Shown: in pieces, positions 58,375 to 64,000 of the stretch
Position numbering within the stretch: the first letter of the stretch is position 1
Layout of the letters: each line of letters starts with the position of its first letter
Source of the DNA: Paludibacteraceae bacterium
GTDB taxonomy: Bacteria > Bacteroidota > Bacteroidia > Bacteroidales > Paludibacteraceae
Direction of reading: 5' to 3'
NCBI GenBank assembly: GCA_045578815.1
Contig: JAZNKZ010000097.1
Coordinates: forward strand, 10,430 to 74,429
DNA length: 64,000 nt
Notes under the pieces: generated by a model
The model's database searches: none
What the model was told of the DNA's origin: nothing
Seen by the model: the letters and a program-made list of their open reading frames with translations, nothing else
Position numbers and translations under genes: made by a program

Positions 58375-60405
58375 ATGAAAAAGAATAGCAAAGTCATTTG
58401 GCTAGCTGCGTTAGTTATCTTACTAGCGGCATGTAGCCGAGCAAAGAAAACTGTAGAGCCTGTAGGACCAGCCTCTATAGAAGTTGATAGCCAATCTGAA
58501 CTGTATAATCAGACTTTCGAACAAGACAATTTGATTTACCGCATAATCAATGACAATAGTGTGGCTGTCAAAGCTAAAGAGCAATCTTTAATTCGCGTTT
58601 TATTCCCTCAAAATGTAGATATCCCTGCTAGTGTTACGCATAAAGGGCTTGGATTCCATGTGGTGCACATTGAGGACTATGCGTTTGATGTAAACCTAGA
58701 ATCTATTACCATACCTTCCAGTGTGCAAAGCATCGGATATCATGCTTTTTCTTATACGCGTATAGACTCTATTGTTATTCCTGAAGGAGTAAAGGTAATT
58801 CCTGAAGAGTGCTTTTATCGCAATAAATATCTTCGCTATGTGTATCTCCCCAATAGTGTTACGCATATAAATAGAGCTGCCTTTCGAGATTGTGAAGCAT
58901 TGGAAACTATTATTCTACCTGATAGTTTGATTTCAATAGGTGAAATTGCTTTTAGCGGTTGTAAAAATCTACGTTATATACATATTCCGCAAATGGTAGA
59001 ACAACTTGATTATGCGGCGTTTAGCGAATGCTCATCGCTTTCCGAAGTAATGTTGCCTGAGGATTTGACGCATATAGCACCTCGTCTATTTGAACGTTGC
59101 TTGGCTTTAACAAGTATTCATATACCAAACGGAGTAACAACAATCAACTATTCGGCTTTTTTGGGTTGTTCGTCACTCAAGCATGTTGATTGGCCACAAC
59201 ATTTAGATACCATCGGTTCGGATGCCTTTTCGGGCTGTAGATCATTGCATAGTTTGCTCTTGCCAAGCGATTTAAGCTATATCGCAAATGGTGCTTTCGA
59301 ATCGTGTGTATCATTGCGCTCTATTGAGTTGCCCGAAAAGTTGGAAACTATAGACCATCACGCATTTAGTAATTGTAGTTCGCTGGAAAAGTTATACATA
59401 CCTGCTTCGGTGGTTAGTATAGGCCCTTCAGCTTTTAGCGCTTGCCATAACCTAGTTAGTATGCATGTGGATAAGGCTAATCCTGTGTATGACAGTCGCC
59501 ATGGATGCAATGCTATTGTACACACTGCTACCAATAGTCTTTATTCTACTTGTCAAAATACTGTTATTCATCCTAGTATTGATCGTATCGGTGAGCATGC
59601 ATATGATGGCAGCAAAATCACCAGTATGGTAGTACCTGAGCATATCAAACATATAGATGGGTATGCCTTTAAAAAATGCATATCGCTGCGCTCTGTAGTG
59701 CTTCCTCCTACCATAACCAGTATCAGCGATGGTGTCTTTTCTTATTGTTCGTCGCTAAGCGATATTAAGCTGCCAGAGACTGTTACTAGTATAGGAGAGT
59801 ATGCTTTTGAAGAGTGTGATTCGTTGGAAACTATAGATATACCTAATGGTGTAACAATGATCGGTAAAGGTGCCTTTTATGCTTGTGATCAACTGCGCGA
59901 ATTAGACATTCCTAAAGGTGTTACGAAGATTGGTTCTGATGCCTTTTCTCGTTGTACTCAGTTGTGTGAAATGGTCATACCGAAAGGTGTTACGGAGATT
60001 GAGGATGGTACCTTTATGTGGTGCGAAAACCTAGAATCGGTAGTCATCCCTGAAGGCGTAACACATATAGGTAACAGTGCGTTTCGCGACTGTTTGAAAA
60101 TCCAATCTATTGTGCTTCCTAGCACTGTAGAGAAAATAGATAATTGTGCCTTTAAGGCATGCATTAGCTTGCAGTCGATAGAAATGCAGGAGGGAGTGAC
60201 TAGTCTGGGAGCTGTTGTGTTTGAAGAATGCAGGAGTTTAGAATACTTGACTATACCTCGTAGCGTAAAAAAGATGGGCGGGGGGTGTTTTGATGACTGC
60301 CGAAGCCTCAAAACAGTTCTTGCACCTAAAAGTGTGAAAGAAGAACTGGATCTCTATGACTTCTTTAGCGTGATGTACTATTATGACCCGTTATTTGAAA
60401 AATAA
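58375..60405 (+). CDS. BspA-type leucine-rich-repeat (LRR_5) surface lipoprotein
   Basis: Lipoprotein signal VILLAAC. Roughly 20 units of 23-24 aa with the pattern I-x-(I/L)-P-x-x-V-x-x-I-G-x-x-A-F-x-x-C-x-x-L. Confidence 0.8.
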   Translation: MKKNSKVIWLAALVILLAACSRAKKTVEPVGPASIEVDSQSELYNQTFEQDNLIYRIINDNSVAVKAKEQSLIRVLFPQNVDIPASVTHKGLGFHVVHIEDYAFDVNLESITIPSSVQSIGYHAFSYTRIDSIVIPEGVKVIPEECFYRNKYLRYVYLPNSVTHINRAAFRDCEALETIILPDSLISIGEIAFSGCKNLRYIHIPQMVEQLDYAAFSECSSLSEVMLPEDLTHIAPRLFERCLALTSIHIPNGVTTINYSAFLGCSSLKHVDWPQHLDTIGSDAFSGCRSLHSLLLPSDLSYIANGAFESCVSLRSIELPEKLETIDHHAFSNCSSLEKLYIPASVVSIGPSAFSACHNLVSMHVDKANPVYDSRHGCNAIVHTATNSLYSTCQNTVIHPSIDRIGEHAYDGSKITSMVVPEHIKHIDGYAFKKCISLRSVVLPPTITSISDGVFSYCSSLSDIKLPETVTSIGEYAFEECDSLETIDIPNGVTMIGKGAFYACDQLRELDIPKGVTKIGSDAFSRCTQLCEMVIPKGVTEIEDGTFMWCENLESVVIPEGVTHIGNSAFRDCLKIQSIVLPSTVEKIDNCAFKACISLQSIEMQEGVTSLGAVVFEECRSLEYLTIPRSVKKMGGGCFDDCRSLKTVLAPKSVKEELDLYDFFSVMYYYDPLFEK

Positions 60406-60462
60406 AGGACCTATATGCATTCGTTTTTGCTTATAGCACAAAGACACTTGCACTTGCTACGT

Positions 60463-62175
60463 CTATAGGGGATCTTTTTTGCTTAACCCAGCCTCTGCTT
60501 CGTAAGCAGCGAATGGGAAGATCAAACATGCTGTTCCGTCCATCGTGGGTTCGTTGGTGGAATAGTCATTCGTGGAGTCATGATACACCATCACATTGGG
60601 CTGATAGCGCATATAATTAATACCGCCTTCCATGTTCACGCCACGCAGACTATTGAAGATGCCTTGATACACGGGACCATCCACCAATCCACCTGTTGTA
60701 TTGCCAACCCTCTCGCTAATCATAAACGAGTGAGGCTGAGTAGGATAACACTTGGCTCCAGGCAATTCCACGATCATGCACACGCCCCATGGGTTGCAAC
60801 CTAACAGCCAATCGCGCAAAGAAGATTCCATGTCGATATAGGTAGAGTCATTGGTCAATTGGCGATACAAGATACATTGGGTCAACATGGCCGTAGTGAG
60901 GTTGTTTGAGCACCAGATAGATGGCACACCATACAAGAAGGCTTGCTGCACAGGCTCGCCATGTAGAGCACGTTGATAGACCGTATCAATACCCTTTTTC
61001 AAATAGGCAACAAACTCCTCCCGAGAACGATTCTTAGCCTCACTAGCCAAACGATAGTGCCCGATATTCATAAACGGATACCATTGGTAATGGCGAGCCG
61101 TATCGCTGCCCATCCAAGGGGTAGTAGGCTCTTGGTGGCCGTAGGCTATCGCATCCTTAAGATATGACTTATCATTCGTCTTGCGATACAATTCGTAGGC
61201 CCCTAACTCCATATCATCCACCCAGTTAGTTTCTTCGTAGATATATGGCGAGCGAACAGAAGCTGTCTGACTAAACCCCGGTTTACGAACGCCCAATTCG
61301 TAGGCATCCTTGGCTTTCTCGCCTATACGCGCTGCCAGTTCCGGATAGAATGGCGCCAGAACCTTGCTACCCAACGCAAAACAGGACGCATACTTACCCA
61401 CAATCGACGAAGTACCTGTCGAAATATTCATCCCTTTACCTTGCACCTGAGGTTCTCCCGTAACAAAATAGACGGGACGGCCGTTATTCACACCCCAGCC
61501 ATAATCGGCTTGGTCATCTTTTGGAAAACGCATGCCTATATGGTCGCGGTCATCTGCCAATTGATTATAGAACTCCCCAGGTTCGGGATTCATACGATCC
61601 AACCAATCCAATCCCCAGCGAATCTCATCCACAATATCAGGAATACCATTCGCTCCTGGTGTACCATTGGTTTGATACACATCGCCAAACAACTCGGGAT
61701 ATTGTTCGTATGCCAACATCATCTGATAGATCGCATTGGCAGTCGTTGTCGCGTATTGCAAGCAATCACTTGCGTCGTGCCAGCCACCACGCACATCAAT
61801 ATGTTGCCCCGTCTTAGTGGGGTGGTAAATGATATACCCATCTTTCTGGTGGCAGCTATCGCCCGTAAATGGATTCCATCCGCAGCGCTGCTGACGCATA
61901 TAGTGGAGCGGAAAATCTGCCAAACCGTCATATACATGTTTGCTAATGAGAAAACTATCTGACACTGCCTCGCCTATTTTGAGTTGATGCCAACCCTCCT
62001 CTTTGAGGTCGGAGAAATCGTAGCGAGTATATTCCCAACGCCCACTATCACCCGTCATGATGATAGCAAACTTCTTCGCTTCAGGCAGATAGCCTATCTG
62101 CGACACACGAATAATCTGTTCAGCCATTGCCAAACTACAGATGCACAAAACGCAAAGAAATAATTTCAGACGCAT
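60463..62175 (-). CDS. glycoside hydrolase family 9 (endoglucanase-like) with N-terminal Ig-like domain
   Basis: GGWHDASDCLQY (a variant of the GH9 GGWxDAGD motif) and the C-terminal YSTNEPTMDGTA (NE..D). ATG 62175 gives the signal peptide MRLKLFLCVLCICSLAMA. A TAcCTTTG box lies at 62236-62243. Confidence 0.75.
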   Translation of the reverse strand: MRLKLFLCVLCICSLAMAEQIIRVSQIGYLPEAKKFAIIMTGDSGRWEYTRYDFSDLKEEGWHQLKIGEAVSDSFLISKHVYDGLADFPLHYMRQQRCGWNPFTGDSCHQKDGYIIYHPTKTGQHIDVRGGWHDASDCLQYATTTANAIYQMMLAYEQYPELFGDVYQTNGTPGANGIPDIVDEIRWGLDWLDRMNPEPGEFYNQLADDRDHIGMRFPKDDQADYGWGVNNGRPVYFVTGEPQVQGKGMNISTGTSSIVGKYASCFALGSKVLAPFYPELAARIGEKAKDAYELGVRKPGFSQTASVRSPYIYEETNWVDDMELGAYELYRKTNDKSYLKDAIAYGHQEPTTPWMGSDTARHYQWYPFMNIGHYRLASEAKNRSREEFVAYLKKGIDTVYQRALHGEPVQQAFLYGVPSIWCSNNLTTAMLTQCILYRQLTNDSTYIDMESSLRDWLLGCNPWGVCMIVELPGAKCYPTQPHSFMISERVGNTTGGLVDGPVYQGIFNSLRGVNMEGGINYMRYQPNVMVYHDSTNDYSTNEPTMDGTACLIFPFAAYEAEAGLSKKDPL

Positions 62176-62235
62176 GGTGGATGGTAAATCTAATAAAATG
62201 TGTGTGGTATTATTAATTGGTTTTATAATTCGCTG

Positions 62236-62243
62236 CAAAGGTA
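62236..62243 (-). promoter_or_regulatory. -7 box TAcCTTTG (GH9 gene)
   Basis: CAAAGGTA on the plus strand, about 60 nt upstream of the minus-strand ATG 62175. Confidence 0.5.
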
Positions 62244-62303
62244 CTGAAAATAAATGATACAAGCAAGCAAAGCGCATAATTTCCTATCCTTCCCTTCTCT
62301 TCT

Positions 62304-62379
62304 ACGGGTTCATAACGGGTTCTTAACGGGTTTTTACTATGTGATTACTATGTGATTAGTATGTGATAACTATGAGATT
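62304..62379. repeat. 3 x ACGGGTT (period 11) followed by 4 x 11-mer ACTATGTGATT
   Basis: ACGGGTTcataACGGGTTcttaACGGGTTttt, then actatgtgatt actatgtgatt agtatgtgata actatgagatt (62336-62379). Confidence 0.9.
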
Positions 62380-62717
62380 CCCATCCCTTACCTATCCTAT
62401 CAACAGTGTTTGCAGCTTGATTAGAATTTTCTGCCAGTGTTTCAAAAATTACCAGCACGATCAGTGACACTACCTTCTAATCGTCCATATCGATCTGCGC
62501 AAACTGCGATTTCTGCGAAAAGTGCGCAAAAGTATCTAAAAAAACACATTAGTAAATTCGCACAATTCGCAATTTGCGCACATATCTTTCAATAGTCACT
62601 ATCTTTCATAATCAATGACTTAAAGAATAAAGTATCCCTCTCTACGGACTTTCTGCGCCCCCATTCTCAACCATTCTCAAAAAGTCCGCAGAATTTCATT
62701 TCATTCATACATAATAT

Positions 62718-62745
62718 AAAAAAATAGGTGCGCCGAAGCACACCT
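62718..62745 (-). terminator. intrinsic terminator downstream of frdB
   Basis: The minus strand reads AGGUGUGC-UUCG-GCGCACCU (8-bp stem with one G-U pair and a UUCG tetraloop), followed by A-U7. Confidence 0.75.
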
Positions 62746-62795
62746 ATTTATATATAGTCATTAGCCAATTGCCAATGACCTATTGCCAAAAGATA

Positions 62796-63551
62796 TTAGT
62801 CTTTCAGTTTTGCGCAGAGGTACTCGCGGTTGAGGCGAGCGATGTTTGCCAAAGATACTTGTTTTGGGCACTCAGCTGCACATGCACCTGTGTTGGTACA
62901 GTTACCAAAGCCCAATTCATCCATCTTAGCCACCATAGCCTTAGCACGAGCAGCTGCCTCTACCTTACCTTGTGGCAAGAGAGCCAATTGGCTAACCTTT
63001 GCAGAAACGAACAACATAGCTGAACCGTTCTTACATGCAGCAGCACAAGCACCGCAACCGATACAACTTGCAGCATCCATTGCCTCGTCAGCGTGAGCCT
63101 TTGGAATTGGAATGGCGTTTGCATCAGGTACACCACCTGTATTAACTGACACGAAACCACCAGCTTGCATGATCTTGTCATAAGCCTCGCGGTCCACCAT
63201 CAAGTCCTTGATTACAGGGAATGCACGGCTACGCCATGGCTCGATAGTGATAGTCTCGCCATCTTTGAACTTACGCATGTGCAATTGGCAAGTGGTGATA
63301 GCACTGTCTGGTCCGTGTGGGTGACCATTGACATACATAGAGCACATACCGCAGATACCCTCACGGCAGTCGTGGTCGAATGCGATAGGATCTTTGTGCT
63401 CGCTGATGAGTTGCTCGTTGAGGATGTCAATCATCTCCAAGAACGAAGCACCTTGGAAGATGTGTTTGAGTTCGTAGGTCTCGAAATGACCTTCTGCCTT
63501 TGGTCCAGCTTGACGCCAAACCTTCACTTTAATGTCAATGTAATTGTCCAT
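62796..63551 (-). CDS. frdB: succinate dehydrogenase / fumarate reductase iron-sulfur subunit
   Basis: Three cluster motifs: [15 protein letters not shown] (2Fe-2S), [11 protein letters not shown] (4Fe-4S) and [12 protein letters not shown] (3Fe-4S). 251 aa. Confidence 0.9.
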   Translation of the reverse strand: MDNYIDIKVKVWRQAGPKAEGHFETYELKHIFQGASFLEMIDILNEQLISEHKDPIAFDHDCREGICGMCSMYVNGHPHGPDSAITTCQLHMRKFKDGETITIEPWRSRAFPVIKDLMVDREAYDKIMQAGGFVSVNTGGVPDANAIPIPKAHADEAMDAASCIGCGACAAACKNGSAMLFVSAKVSQLALLPQGKVEAAARAKAMVAKMDELGFGNCTNTGACAAECPKQVSLANIARLNREYLCAKLKD

Positions 63552-63597
63552 TGTAGTTAAATTTATAAGTTGTTTATATGTTTGTTTGTAAATTTCT

Positions 63598-63636
63598 ATT
63601 TATCCGTTACTTTATCCGTCACTTTATCCGTTACTT
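63598..63636. repeat. 3 x 12-mer TTATCCGT(T/C)ACT upstream of frdB
   Basis: Sequence tttatccgttactttatccgtcactttatccgttacttt. Confidence 0.85.
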
Positions 63637-63732
63637 TTGGGTTTCAGTTGTCGCATTTTTTGCGATAAGTGTATCTCTTTCGTGTTAAAGTTGTTTGTTT
63701 ATAAAATTGTTATTTTATATTCTCTTTTCATT

Positions 63733-64000
63733 TTATAAAACATCCCATATTCGTTTCCTAAATCCTTCATTCCATTTATGTGTTTCACAATAAGTTTTAA
63801 CCTTTTTCATAATCTTATCATTACGCAACAATTCTTTCAGATCCACGTCAGAACAGAAAAATAACCATGTCACTTTTATTGCATTTGTATCGGCAAATTC
63901 CAATGGATTTTCATAAAATGTATAACATGGATGTTTCTGCTTAAAATCACTTATCCCACTTTCTAAATAACTATAATTTTGATCTTGACTTAGGGCAAAT
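63733..64000 (-). CDS. C-terminal 88 codons of an AT-rich ORF of unknown function (5' end outside window)
   Basis: The reverse frame is open from the window edge to TAA (complement of 63733-63735). Translation: ...FYENPLEFADTNAIKVTWLFFCSDVDLKELLRNDKIMKKVKTYCETHKWNEGFRKRIWDVL. It is not in the ORF track because no start lies inside the window. Confidence 0.35.
   Translation of the reverse strand, partial: FALSQDQNYSYLESGISDFKQKHPCYTFYENPLEFADTNAIKVTWLFFCSDVDLKELLRNDKIMKKVKTYCETHKWNEGFRKRIWDVL

Noticed and set aside
60280-60285. G6 homopolymer inside the LRR lipoprotein gene as a slipped-strand phase-variation switch
   Set aside because: The tract is short. It lies about 120 nt from the 3' end, so a frameshift would remove only the last ~40 residues. 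There is no comparable tract near the 5' end or the promoter.
60463-62175. The DASD variant of the GH9 DAGD motif as a sign of an inactive enzyme
   Set aside because: Both aspartates of the motif and the C-terminal NE..D region are retained. A Gly-to-Ser change alone does not justify calling the enzyme inactive.
1716-63636. The possibility that the short tandem arrays are CRISPR arrays or MITEs
   Set aside because: The units are 7-13 nt with no unique spacers, and the arrays are only 30-100 nt long. There are no cas genes, and except at 835-994 there are no terminal inverted repeats or target-site duplications. They are simple degenerate tandem words.
1-64000. tRNA, rRNA, tmRNA, RNase P or SRP RNA genes, and transposase, integrase or prophage genes
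   Set aside because: I scanned the few intergenic regions longer than 150 nt (776-1149, 15871-16179, 21901-22139, 34285-34533, 57927-58374, 62176-62795, 63552-63732). I saw no cloverleaf-compatible sequence, no GGGGCTGA...CCACCA tmRNA ends, and no recognisable mobile-element ORF.

Overview
This window looks like a chromosomal segment of a Bacteroidales (Prevotella-like) bacterium. It holds about 41 densely packed protein-coding genes. I saw no rRNA, tRNA, CRISPR array, transposase or integrase. The taxon call rests on several signals: TAnnTTTG '-7' promoter boxes 20-60 nt upstream of many start codons, no Shine-Dalgarno sequences, a PPi-dependent phosphofructokinase, frdB, a TonB-dependent receptor, a BspA-type LRR lipoprotein, and a T9SS-like C-terminal domain.

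Housekeeping genes include mtgA, ygiQ, mutS, trpS, folC, dxs, trkA/trkH, coaE, uvrB, a uvrA-type gene and pfp. Accessory content is a 9.3-kb gene (34534-43872) for a 3112-aa surface protein, an LRR lipoprotein, a GH9 glycosidase and an SGNH-hydrolase/MBOAT pair. The giant protein has two PCMD-like domains, each followed by about 15 cadherin-like repeats, and ends in a T9SS-like domain.

The most unusual signals I could read directly are these:
1. A pervasive family of short-period (7-13 nt) degenerate word arrays sits at almost every gene boundary. There the arrays close all six reading frames. The same words are also inserted in-frame into linker regions of conserved genes (ygiQ, dxs, uvrA, an AddB-like nuclease).
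2. The giant protein has a duplicated two-module architecture.
3. A perfectly palindromic double promoter box lies upstream of uvrA. Its plus-strand half could drive a roughly 145-nt transcript or a 45-codon ORF ending at a terminator-like hairpin.
4. The UvrA-type protein has a strongly shortened insertion domain and sits in a tight co-directional cluster with a cation antiporter and an orphan AddB-like nuclease.
5. mtgA looks 3'-truncated or frameshifted and is followed by nested inverted repeats.
6. An AT-rich small ORF sits where frdA would be expected, upstream of frdB.

All family assignments come from motif recognition by eye. No database search was run.
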